Made by a program: the position numbers and the translations under genes. This document shows, piece by piece, positions 35,271 through 44,494 of a stretch of 50,298 nucleotides of DNA; the stretch's first letter is position 1; each line of letters begins with the position of its first letter. Origin of the DNA: a virus (Duplodnaviria > Caudoviricetes); the IMG/VR virus record IMGVR_UViG_3300019360_000017, positions 1 to 50,298 of that record; one strand, written 5' to 3'. The notes beneath the pieces were generated by a model. It was not told the DNA's origin, did no database searches, and saw nothing but the letters and a program-made list of their open reading frames with translations.

Positions 35271-35741
35271 TTACTGAAGGCGTCGGAGTTGCGCGAGAAA
35301 GTCCACGCCGACGATAGAGGGTTCATCCGTGACGCGAAACGCGCCCGGCCGCTGGAGTCGATAGTCGTCAGCGCCGAGTTGCTCTAAAAAGAGGACGTAG
35401 CGAACATCGGACAGGAGCGTCGTCGCGACGTTCTGAGGCCGCCCCGCTGCTCGCGCGTCGGTGTGGCGACTGGACGACAACGTCTCGGTCTGGCGGACCC
35501 GGATCACGTCGCCGGGAGCGAATGTGCCTCTGAAGGATTCGGCCACATGCACCGTGTACGTCGTGGTGACGATCGCGGAGCCGTCCGACTGCATCATCGT
35601 CGCCCCGACGTCGTGACGGAGAACGGTCCCGAGCACAACGGCTTGACGCTGGTCGGCCACATCGGCGCGGCGCGGCGCGTCCGCCGACGCCGGCAGAACG
35701 GCACAACACAGAACAGCAAACACGGAGGCGATACGGGTCAT
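35271..35741 (-). CDS. Secreted OB-fold/TIMP-NTR-like protein (156 aa)
   Basis: Signal peptide MTRIASVFAVLCCAVLPASA; VVLGTV...TTYTVHV.ESFRG...YVLFL pattern. Confidence 0.6.
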   Translation of the reverse strand: MTRIASVFAVLCCAVLPASADAPRRADVADQRQAVVLGTVLRHDVGATMMQSDGSAIVTTTYTVHVAESFRGTFAPGDVIRVRQTETLSSSRHTDARAAGRPQNVATTLLSDVRYVLFLEQLGADDYRLQRPGAFRVTDEPSIVGVDFLAQLRRLQ

Positions 35742-35824
35742 CGATGTTCCTTTCGGTGTGGTCGGTTGTGTGTTCATCTCTTCTCCATCGGTCGTGTCAG
35801 ACACACGGCATCGCGGGGTCGTGC

Positions 35825-36825
35825 TCACGGACACATCGCCTCCCAGGTCCGGACATACAGAGTGGTGATGGTCCGCACGGTGGATGCGGGGATGGTCGTG
35901 GGATCCTGCGGCGAGGGCAGGGCGCGGATCTGCGCGTCCAGCGCGGTCGCCTGGACCAGTGCCTGCTCGATCTGCGCGGGCCACGCCCGCGGTGGCCGCG
36001 CACTCGGCGCGCAGGCACTCGTAGCGGCGGCGTGGGGGATCTCGAGCGCCCGTCCCAGGGCTCTCACTTCGCGCAGGACGCCGGCATACTGCGCATCGAC
36101 CACGCGGTCCCACGCGTGACGGGTCGACGGTGCACGCCCCGCAGCGGCACGGTGATGGCCCAGCGCCGCCAGGGCCGCGAGGCGCGCACGCAGCACCGTT
36201 GCGCGCCGCAAATCCGTGGGGGCGGGACGAACGTGGAGGGAGAGATCAACACTCGACAGCGGGCCGACGCCCGCGTAGGCCGCGCGTTGTTGGGCCACGG
36301 AGGCGGCGATCCCGTCGATGTGGAGGCGCCCGGCGACGTCGGCCACGCGCACGTCATACACGTCAGCGACCGCGAGGGCGAGCCGCGCGTCCATCTCCAG
36401 GCGCAGCGTCGCTCGCCGTCACCGGGCGTGGCGACCACCGCGGATGAGGGGGTGTGAGCCGTCCTCGGTGGCCGCGAGGCGACGGGGGCGGCTGGCGCGG
36501 CGCCGGTCCACCGTCGTACCGTCGCCGCCAGCCACTCGACGGCGCTGGCGAGCACGGCGGGCTGCGCGTACGAGAGACCGCCCACCAGGAGGGCGGCCAC
36601 CGCCGCACGACCGATCCAACTGCGCGTCGGCCAGCGCAGGAGGCGGCGCCGCTGTTGCTGGCGCTCCCACGCGTCGATCTTGGCGAAGATCACGGCCCGT
36701 TGCTCCTCCACGGTGCGCGGGGCTCTCGTGGAGGGTGGCAGCAAGCTATCCTGCCAACGCACAAACGCGCGGGCTTTCTCCACCCATTCGCGGTCATCGG
36801 GGTCGCGCTGGTCGTGGTCAGTCAT
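35825..36825 (-). pseudogene. Membrane-anchored anti-sigma factor-like gene split across two frames (frameshift near 36395-36420)
   Basis: Frame 1 (from 36825): cytoplasmic N-terminus, one TM, Pro/Ala linker, then degenerates; frame 2 continues ATLRLEMDARLAL... to 35825; overlaps sigma stop. Confidence 0.55.
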
Positions 36826-37387
36826 GACTGGCATCCTTCTTTTCCGTCAGAGTCGTGAACGTGCCGTCGAGGATCGTCCGAGCGCTGTCGAGCGCGCGCT
36901 GAACTTGCTGGCGGCTCAACCCCGTCTGCTCCGCAATCTCCCATTGGCGGCACCCTTGGCCGAACAGGACCACGCAGGCATATTGCCGCTCGGTCAATCG
37001 CGCGAGCGCTTCGGCCATCGCCGCGGCTTCCTCCGCGGTCCGACCGGGGCTGGGCACCTGCGCCGCCGCGGTCAGGTCCGCCCGTCGGCTCTGATACGCG
37101 GCCACCATGCGATCACGATGGACGCGTGACGCCACGACCACGAGCCAGGCGAACGGGTCTTCCAGACGCTCGTCGCTCCTCAACGCCTGATATAGCCGCA
37201 ACCACGCCTCTTGACAGGCATCCTCGGCGCGGTCGACGCGCCCACGGCATTCCGCCGTCATCACGGCCAGGAGCTTGGCGCCGTGTTCGCCGTACAGCCG
37301 GTGGCACACGGCACGGATGGCGTCCTTCGACGTGGTCGTGTTGGCGGCCACAGGTAACCAGCGCAGAAAGATGTGATCGTCGGCCAT
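36818..37387 (-). CDS. ECF (sigma-70 group 4) sigma factor (189 aa)
   Basis: Region 2 AEDACQEAWLRL...FAWL; region 4 LARLTERQ...GCRQWEIAEQTGLSRQQV. Confidence 0.88.
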   Translation of the reverse strand: MADDHIFLRWLPVAANTTTSKDAIRAVCHRLYGEHGAKLLAVMTAECRGRVDRAEDACQEAWLRLYQALRSDERLEDPFAWLVVVASRVHRDRMVAAYQSRRADLTAAAQVPSPGRTAEEAAAMAEALARLTERQYACVVLFGQGCRQWEIAEQTGLSRQQVQRALDSARTILDGTFTTLTEKKDASHD

Positions 37388-37734
37388 TACCTCATACCGA
37401 TCAGGACGATGAACAGGAGCAGGCCCACGCACTGCCAGCACCCGCGCCACATGCGAAGTGTCGCCGGTCCCAGCAGTGGACGGACCCGATGAACGGTGCG
37501 CGTGTGCCACACCCAGGCCGACAGGAAGACCACGATCCACCAGCCGCGCCGCGGACCAAAACAGACGCCGTCCAGAGCCAGCAGGAGTACGATCATCGCC
37601 AACGCCAATTCCACACCGACGCTGCATAGATGACGATCGCGGATCCCTTCCAGATACAACACGCGCGGACCTCCTGCGAGAGTGAGGACGCGCCACAGAA
37701 TCCTTGGTGCGGTGTGGCGGCCGCACCAGCCCAA
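37387..37734 (-). CDS. Small membrane protein coupled to the sigma gene (~115 aa; start uncertain)
   Basis: Three hydrophobic stretches; TAATG overlap with sigma start. Confidence 0.5.
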   Translation of the reverse strand: MGWCGRHTAPRILWRVLTLAGGPRVLYLEGIRDRHLCSVGVELALAMIVLLLALDGVCFGPRRGWWIVVFLSAWVWHTRTVHRVRPLLGPATLRMWRGCWQCVGLLLFIVLIGMR

Positions 37735-37933
37735 AGGGGGTGGGGCAACACTGGGCGCGTCTATCCTAGAGACGAAACAGCGCCCGATTTTTATCGGCCG
37801 GCGTCAAATATTTCTGAGGCATGGTTGGTCGACGAACAGACTTTGTGTACACAGCCTTCCACATCGCCTCTGCGTCGATCTATAGTGACCGCCGCGATCA
37901 GACAAACGCCGACCGTCGCTGGGGGGCGCGCGT

Positions 37934-40900
37934 ATGAGGAGAGTGCAGTGGTGCCTCGTGTGGGCTATGCTCGGGCTGTGCGGATTCGCACACGCGGGCG
38001 TGGTCGCGCAAGAGGCGCGGGTGAGTGGTGCCGTGTTCGATCCGCACGGACATCCGATGAGCGGGGTGTCCGTCGTCGTCGAGGCGACGCGGGTCACCGA
38101 ACACCGACAGATCATCACGGACACCTCCGGGCATTGGGAGGTCTCGCTGCCGGCCGGGCGCTATGTCATGGTGGTCACCGCCGAAGGCTTCGAGCCGCAG
38201 AGGATCGAGGTCGTCGTCCCACCGGCCGGATTTGTCCTGCAGACCATCCAACTCCGGGTGGCGGTCATCGTCGAACCCCCGGTTGAGGTGATCCCACCTC
38301 GTACGCCGGGGAATCCGGACGGCTCCGAAGGCCGCACCTTCACGGTGAACGGCGACGGGCCAAACAGTCTCGACGACCTGATGCTGCCGACCGGGCGCAC
38401 GACGCAGTCCGCGGAATGCCTCACGCCGACCGTCGTGTGTGGCGAGCAGACCGGGACCGGCGCAGAAGCCTCTGGCGCCGGGCAGCGTCGCGATGCGAAT
38501 GACATTCGGGTCGATGGCGTTCCAGCGAATCTCCAGCCTGACGCCACCGGCCACATGACCGGCCCCGGTCAAAATGGCGTGTTCGCCGCGCGCGGTGTGG
38601 ACGGGAGTACGAAACCCGCCGTGCCGTTGGCGGCGACTGAGGAGATCACGGTTCGCACGGCGGGGATCAAGCCCGCGCACCGCCATTCGTCCGGCATACA
38701 GACGGACGTGAGCACGCGATCGGGAGCGGACCGGCTGTCCGGCTCGTGGCTGATCGACCGCCGGCTGGACGGCGCCAGCGACTATTTTGATCGGCGGGCC
38801 GCTCGCCCTAAGCGTGAGATCGACCTGACCGAGACCAGCGCGGCGGTTGGCGGGCCGATCATACAACGGCGACTGTGGCATTGGACGGTGGTCGACGCAC
38901 ACGCCCTCAGTCGCCCCGTGGAGGTGACGACCCTCGTCCCGTCAAACGCGACGCGCGAGCACGCCTCGCCGTTCCTGGCGCAGCTCTATGACGTGTACGC
39001 TCCACCGAACGGTGATGATCTCGGCAAGGGGATGGCGCAGCGCACGGATCGCTATCCGGCCGACTCGCGGTTGTGGGTCGGCAGTTCGCGGCTTGACTGG
39101 CAGATCACGCCCAATCAACGTCTCTTCAGTCGCGTGACGTTGTCCGGTTCGCGCGGTGACGAAGTGGACCCGGTGTTTCTGCGACCGGGGCTGTCGTACT
39201 CGCTGGTCGGCGCGACATCCACCAGCGCCGTCACATTCGGTCTGCGATCGACCCACGGCGCGAACACGGTGCATCAGGTGCGTGTCCATGTCGGCCGCCA
39301 CGCGACGACGCTGGATGCACGCCCAGCCCACGAAGGGAGCGCGCTCGCGCTTGACGGGTGGCTGCCGCCGGACGTGTCGGCGGAGGATTGGTGGATCGGC
39401 ATCTCCTTGCCGGGCGCCGATCCCGCGTTCTTCGCGTGGGGCCGACAGGGCAACAGCCGCCAATCACAGCTCTTTCTCAGTGACGCGTGGTCGTTCGTGC
39501 GTCGGCACCACACCATCAACCTGAGCGTGGAGACACGTTCGTCGATCACGTCGTCTGAGCCGGCCCGTCATCGGCTGTCGTACAAGCTGCCGAGCGTGTT
39601 GGCGCCGGCCGGCACTCCGGCGATCATCTCGATCGAGGACGTGGAGCACACCCGTGTCGGGTATCGCGAGGTCTCCGCACATCTCCAAGATGACTGGCAA
39701 GTGTCATTGCGCGTCGCGTTGTTCGGCGGCGTGCGGTGGTCCGTGAAGCCGGCCCCGGACAGTTTGACCGAACGCGAGCCCGCCGTACTCGACCTGAACG
39801 GTCAGTCACGCGCCGCGGGGCTGCCGCTCTGGCGCACGTCGTACGCAGACGTGTCACCGATGTTCGGAACCAAGCTCAAGCTCGGGCTCACGCCGCACTG
39901 GGAAACGACGCTCCATGCTACCGCGGGCCGAGTCTACGATGACATCAGTGCACCCGCGGCGGTTGCGTTCCGAGGCCCGCCGTTTTCGACGTCTCGATTC
40001 ATCAAAAGCACCTTGCCGGTTCCGCCCGCACAACTGGTGATCGGTCCCGCGACACCGGGCGTACCGACCGAGTACGTCGCCCTCGGTGAGAACCTGACGC
40101 GTCCCCACACTGACGAGGCGTACGTGCGCGTCGATCAGGAGCTCGGCGCGCACCAGTCGATCTCGGCGGCGTATATCTATGCGCGAGGTCAGAATCAGCT
40201 CTACGCAGCGAGGCACTATTGGGGAGAGTTGGGAGAGCGGCGCGGCACAGGATTCACGAATGACGCGTGGTCGCGCTATCACGCCCTTGCTGTGCAATGG
40301 CGCTGGCAATCGAGTCAGTTGTGGGCAAGTGTGCACTACACGCGGAACCGCGCGAGAGACAATCATTCCGGAGAAAGCGCTGGGGGATGGTTCGGCCCAA
40401 GTTTGCCACCGCCGCCGAGCCTCATCCCCGCTGACTCGTATGCTGGTCCATCTGACTACTCGCGCCCTCATGCACTCGACGGCACAGTGTCTTTTCGACC
40501 GTCAGCGGCCCGAGGGCCGCGGATCGTTCGGTTACTCTTTTCCGACATGCAATACGATCTCTCCTGCCGGACACAATCGGCCGCTCCGGTCACAGTCCAA
40601 GTGGGACACGAGATGGGTGCTGTTGTATTTGACTTTCGACCGGATGTCGTCCCTGGGATTCCCCTTTGGATTTCGGATCCAGTCACCCCAGGTGAGCGAC
40701 GCCTCAATCCACACGCATTTCGGCCAACGAACGAAGCGCAACACGGAACGCACGAGCGCAACAGTATCCGCGGGCGGAGCTTGTCCCAAGTAGATGCCGC
40801 GGTGACACGGTCGTTGAGAATAGGAGGCGCGGCTCTCCGGCTTCGTATCGAAGCACATAACATCTTTAATCTGCGAAACTTCGCACCTCCCTACACTCAC

Positions 40901-41056
40901 AACCTACGCCAGCCGGACGGGTTCCCCCGCTTTGGTGAACCCTTCATGTCGTTTGCTCAAGGGCTCGGATCGGGAACACTTCTTGGCGGCCCTAATCCAG
41001 CAAGACAAAGAGGCGCTCCCCGCACGATTCTCATGAGTATCCGCTTTGACTTCTAG
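37934..41056 (+). CDS. TonB-dependent transporter, Oar-like, with carboxypeptidase-regulatory-like N-domain (1040 aa)
   Basis: Signal peptide; VSGAVFDPHG...TDTSG.W...LPAGRY...GF; GQR..N...VDG, TRSG, GGPI, HLQDDW; C-terminal SIRFDF. Confidence 0.88.
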   Translation: MRRVQWCLVWAMLGLCGFAHAGVVAQEARVSGAVFDPHGHPMSGVSVVVEATRVTEHRQIITDTSGHWEVSLPAGRYVMVVTAEGFEPQRIEVVVPPAGFVLQTIQLRVAVIVEPPVEVIPPRTPGNPDGSEGRTFTVNGDGPNSLDDLMLPTGRTTQSAECLTPTVVCGEQTGTGAEASGAGQRRDANDIRVDGVPANLQPDATGHMTGPGQNGVFAARGVDGSTKPAVPLAATEEITVRTAGIKPAHRHSSGIQTDVSTRSGADRLSGSWLIDRRLDGASDYFDRRAARPKREIDLTETSAAVGGPIIQRRLWHWTVVDAHALSRPVEVTTLVPSNATREHASPFLAQLYDVYAPPNGDDLGKGMAQRTDRYPADSRLWVGSSRLDWQITPNQRLFSRVTLSGSRGDEVDPVFLRPGLSYSLVGATSTSAVTFGLRSTHGANTVHQVRVHVGRHATTLDARPAHEGSALALDGWLPPDVSAEDWWIGISLPGADPAFFAWGRQGNSRQSQLFLSDAWSFVRRHHTINLSVETRSSITSSEPARHRLSYKLPSVLAPAGTPAIISIEDVEHTRVGYREVSAHLQDDWQVSLRVALFGGVRWSVKPAPDSLTEREPAVLDLNGQSRAAGLPLWRTSYADVSPMFGTKLKLGLTPHWETTLHATAGRVYDDISAPAAVAFRGPPFSTSRFIKSTLPVPPAQLVIGPATPGVPTEYVALGENLTRPHTDEAYVRVDQELGAHQSISAAYIYARGQNQLYAARHYWGELGERRGTGFTNDAWSRYHALAVQWRWQSSQLWASVHYTRNRARDNHSGESAGGWFGPSLPPPPSLIPADSYAGPSDYSRPHALDGTVSFRPSAARGPRIVRLLFSDMQYDLSCRTQSAAPVTVQVGHEMGAVVFDFRPDVVPGIPLWISDPVTPGERRLNPHAFRPTNEAQHGTHERNSIRGRSLSQVDAAVTRSLRIGGAALRLRIEAHNIFNLRNFAPPYTHNLRQPDGFPRFGEPFMSFAQGLGSGTLLGGPNPARQRGAPRTILMSIRFDF

Positions 41057-41691
41057 TGGCACATGCCGTTGCAGGCGAACATTCCCATATGACCGCAACC
41101 CCCAACGAGGTTGCAGGCGATAGTATCTGTGCAGATGCCCCACGGGCAGTCCTGCCATCCTCTATTGCATTCGCATGGTGAGAACTGTGCGTTGGCTGTG
41201 AACCGACTAGCGAGCCGATCCCGCATTGACGACCTCTGTCTGGCCGCCGTTGGTCCGAAGTTGAACCACGCACGTTCTTGCTCGCCCGTGAACGCGGCAT
41301 CGATGCGCGGCCATAGCTGCTCAAACGCCTGCACTGCGGCGGGCTGCCGCTCGTAGAGAGCGGGCGTCGCCATGCCCACAGCTTCGGCAATCAGCGCGCG
41401 CTGCGCGTCCGACAGGTCCGCGCGCCGCGCGAAGCGCCGCAAGTGTTCCTGCCACAGCGCGGCACGCGCATCCGGGGCAATCGTGTTGAATATGGCGATC
41501 TGACGCGCGCGATCGAAGCGAATCACGTCATCAAGGGTCGGTGAGGTGCCGCGATAGGGTTCTGCCCAACGCGCGAGGGCTTCGCAGGGGCTTTCAGACG
41601 TAACGGACGACGTGACGAGGGCCGGGGCGCTCACAAGCACGCCGATCACAAGCGCTCGCAAGGCCAACTGCGAGAGAGTCATGGGGGGCAT
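41053..41691 (-). CDS. Bacteriocin fulvocin C-related precursor (212 aa)
   Basis: Signal peptide, helical pro-region (LWQEHLRRF...LSDAQRALI), C-terminal 8-Cys peptide CECN..CP..C...C...GCG...CNGMC. Confidence 0.8.
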   Translation of the reverse strand: MPPMTLSQLALRALVIGVLVSAPALVTSSVTSESPCEALARWAEPYRGTSPTLDDVIRFDRARQIAIFNTIAPDARAALWQEHLRRFARRADLSDAQRALIAEAVGMATPALYERQPAAVQAFEQLWPRIDAAFTGEQERAWFNFGPTAARQRSSMRDRLASRFTANAQFSPCECNRGWQDCPWGICTDTIACNLVGGCGHMGMFACNGMCH

Positions 41692-41902
41692 CCTTCCTCA
41701 AAAGGTACGGCTCCGCCGTCAAAGGGGGTCGAATGCGCCAATTCTACCGATGCGGCGGGGGCCTGTCATCCCCCTTTCGGGCACGCAAAGGTTTCCTCTC
41801 TATATCCATCAAAACTCCTAAGATTTTTGGGCTATGACAGACCAGCGACGTGATTGTGCGTCGTCGCGGTTGTTCGCGGAGGTGAGGGGTACCCACACAG
41901 GA

Positions 41903-42178
41903 CTAGGTGGGCGGGCGAATGCGGAAGCGAATCTCTTCGAGCGCCGCCGCAAGTCGGTCGATGGCGACGGCGTGCTTTTCGTAGGCGATGGCCTGGGCCG
42001 CCAGCGCCTTGGTCGTTTCGCCAATCAGTTCGGTGCGCTGTTTCGTCTCGGCCTGCCAAAAATCGGCAAGTCGCATCCAGTCGCGTCGGTAGAAATATCC
42101 GATCACGAGGACGAGCAGGACGAATCCGCCCTGCTCGACCCCCCATTTGAGCAACGCGGTCAGCGACGGTTCGCCCAC
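41903..42178 (-). CDS. Putative holin (BhlA/UviB-like: one TM + coiled coil), 91 aa
   Basis: EQGGFVLLVLVIGYFYRRD followed by coiled coil. Confidence 0.6.
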   Translation of the reverse strand: MGEPSLTALLKWGVEQGGFVLLVLVIGYFYRRDWMRLADFWQAETKQRTELIGETTKALAAQAIAYEKHAVAIDRLAAALEEIRFRIRPPT

Positions 42179-42180
42179 GG

Positions 42181-43602
42181 CTACAACCCGAAGCGAGCGG
42201 CGGCGCGGCGCAGCAGATCGCGGATGTCGAGGACGGCATCGCGGATCTGGCTCGCGATCGTATCAGTGGGCGGCGAGGGCGGCGGTGGGGGCGGCGGCTC
42301 ACCGGGGCCGGCGACGACGTCAGCAGCGTCCGGTTGCACCCACGGCTGGCCGGCCGTGTCGGTCGCATTCCAGGCGAGCTGAGGCACGACGTTCGGATCC
42401 GTGCTGCCCATCGACACGCAGATGTCAAAGGCTTCGCCGGACGATCGGTATTTGATCACGTCCGAGCTGATCAGGCCGGAGGGGTTCCGCTTCAGGCCCC
42501 AATTGACATCGCCGACGATGCCGAGCGAGAGCGATCCATAGTGCAGCGTCGCCGCGACGCGGCGGGTAAAGAGCGAGCCGGCCGCGCTGTCGCGCAAACT
42601 GGGTTGCAGCACACGCGCAAGCTGTTCAACGACGTCGAATCGATTCGGAGCCATCTGGTGTTCTCCTGGCGGTGGTGGTGGAGGAGGCGACGTCGGGGCG
42701 CCCGGGTCGCGGACAAGTACGCGCAGCGCGTCCGCCTGCACACGGTGAACGCTGAGGATGCCGGTTGGACCGCAGCCAGCAACGACGAACTCGCGCCCGG
42801 TCCAGACGGCATCCAGCGAGATCGCTGGGAAGGCGTCGAGTACGACGCAGGGGGTCTCTGGCGTCATCGCGCCATCGGTCAGCGGTCGGCCGAGAACGAG
42901 GGAGCGCTCATCGGAGGGCCGTTCGGTGTGCGTCCAGATCCAGGTGTCACCGTTGGGGAGATGAACCAGACGCGGCACGCCCTCGCGCCGCCACGGCGTG
43001 ACGGTCACGTCGCGATCGCGACCGGACGGCGTCAGGATGCGGGCGTCCCAAAAGTACCCGTAACCAATCCAGCCAAGATCGGAGATCGTCCAACTGTTGG
43101 CGCGGGGCGGCAGCGACAGGCGCGCAATCTCGGTGACACCGTGGAAGACCACGAACTCGCGATCCTCCGAGACCGTCAGCAGGTAATGACCGCGCATCTC
43201 CACACCACGCGCGGCCGTGAGCAACGGGCGACCGTCATGCACGAGCCGATCGCCGGCCACATGCAGCCAGCTCGCCCAATGGCCGTTCGCGGCATCGAAG
43301 TCGTTCGCGGCCACGATCGCGGGGTCGTCAGCGGTCCGCACGGGCGCTGCGCCGATCGTGCATTCCCAGCGTTCATCGCGATCCCGGCCGACCTCGCGGA
43401 TGAATGTCACGCGATCGGGGCCGATCCATGCAATCGCGCGGCCGGTGCCGAGCGTGTGGAGCTGCCGCGCGTGGAGGTCGTAGACCCGTACGGTGGGCGG
43501 AATCCCCTCGCGCGGGATCCCGCCGCCGCCGAACGCCACGTAGCGGCCATCGGGTGAGAGGCGCGGCCACCATCCATCTCCGTCGTACGAGTACAAGAGC
43601 AT
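42181..43602 (-). CDS. Multidomain protein: TolB/WD40-like propeller, poly-Pro linker, unknown C-terminal domain; lysin candidate (473 aa)
   Basis: PRLSPDGRYVAF N-terminus; two poly-Pro linkers; directly upstream of holin. Confidence 0.55.
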   Translation of the reverse strand: MLLYSYDGDGWWPRLSPDGRYVAFGGGGIPREGIPPTVRVYDLHARQLHTLGTGRAIAWIGPDRVTFIREVGRDRDERWECTIGAAPVRTADDPAIVAANDFDAANGHWASWLHVAGDRLVHDGRPLLTAARGVEMRGHYLLTVSEDREFVVFHGVTEIARLSLPPRANSWTISDLGWIGYGYFWDARILTPSGRDRDVTVTPWRREGVPRLVHLPNGDTWIWTHTERPSDERSLVLGRPLTDGAMTPETPCVVLDAFPAISLDAVWTGREFVVAGCGPTGILSVHRVQADALRVLVRDPGAPTSPPPPPPPGEHQMAPNRFDVVEQLARVLQPSLRDSAAGSLFTRRVAATLHYGSLSLGIVGDVNWGLKRNPSGLISSDVIKYRSSGEAFDICVSMGSTDPNVVPQLAWNATDTAGQPWVQPDAADVVAGPGEPPPPPPPSPPTDTIASQIRDAVLDIRDLLRRAAARFGL

Positions 43603-43657
43603 GACCGCCACTCTGGCGCGTGCGCGGCCGGCCAGGAAGCGCGGCGGTTGGAAGCTG

Positions 43658-44494
43658 TCACAAGAACCAGCGGCGTTCATCCAGCCAGCGCGCGGGCGTC
43701 ATGCGCGTACATGGGCCGTTGCCGCGGATCTGTCGCTCGACTGCCGCCATCACATACGAAAGAAACTGCTCGTTCGCTGGCGGTCGGATGCGTCGCCATG
43801 CCTCGTACGCGCGGTCCCGCTCAACCTGACGCCACGCGCCCCGCGCGTGCGGTGGATAGCGCGCCAGCCACCGATCGCAGAGCAGGCGTGACGCCACCTC
43901 CGAGGTCGAGGGTACGACCTCGAACTCTTCGATCACGGCGAGGTGCGTCATCACGTCGGGAGCGGTGAGGTCCGCCGCATCCGCGGGAGATGGCGCCGCC
44001 CACGGGCGCTCCCCTTCACGGCGCGTCGGCAGATGCAGGCGGCGGTGATAGTGGTCCCAGTACGCCCCTAAGAATGGATTCGATGGGCAGCGCGCGTACC
44101 AGCGCTGCGCACCGCGCGCGCGGTGGTCGCGACGCGACAGCGGACCGTGCGGCGCGATCTGCCAGCGCGCCATTTCCCGCACCCACACCCAGGCACTGTC
44201 AGGGTCGTAGAGGGCATACCGCTGCCCGCTGAAGCGGGCCAACATGCGTTGGAGGAGTGGCCGGTTGGCAAGGCCCGTGTCCTCCATGATCGTGACGATC
44301 GGGAGGCGGTAGAGCCCGTACGGAGATGCGGCCGGGGCGACGATCAGATAGAGGGCGAGCACCTGGCACTCGCGGCCCCACGCACGCCACTCGCGGCCCG
44401 TGGTGCCCGTGAAGAAGGTCGAGGCGATGACGGCCGAGGGCACGGCCGCCCCGTCAGCCTTCTTCGCCGGGCTGCCGATCGCGCCGGGGTTCAT
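43658..44494 (-). CDS. Phage replication initiator-like protein (278 aa)
   Basis: F.TG.TG...LALYL...GLY.LP...TGL...YD..S.WVWV.EMA.WQI...NPFL; C-terminal W..YP...A..AW...WL..RW. Confidence 0.72.
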   Translation of the reverse strand: MNPGAIGSPAKKADGAAVPSAVIASTFFTGTTGREWRAWGRECQVLALYLIVAPAASPYGLYRLPIVTIMEDTGLANRPLLQRMLARFSGQRYALYDPDSAWVWVREMARWQIAPHGPLSRRDHRARGAQRWYARCPSNPFLGAYWDHYHRRLHLPTRREGERPWAAPSPADAADLTAPDVMTHLAVIEEFEVVPSTSEVASRLLCDRWLARYPPHARGAWRQVERDRAYEAWRRIRPPANEQFLSYVMAAVERQIRGNGPCTRMTPARWLDERRWFL

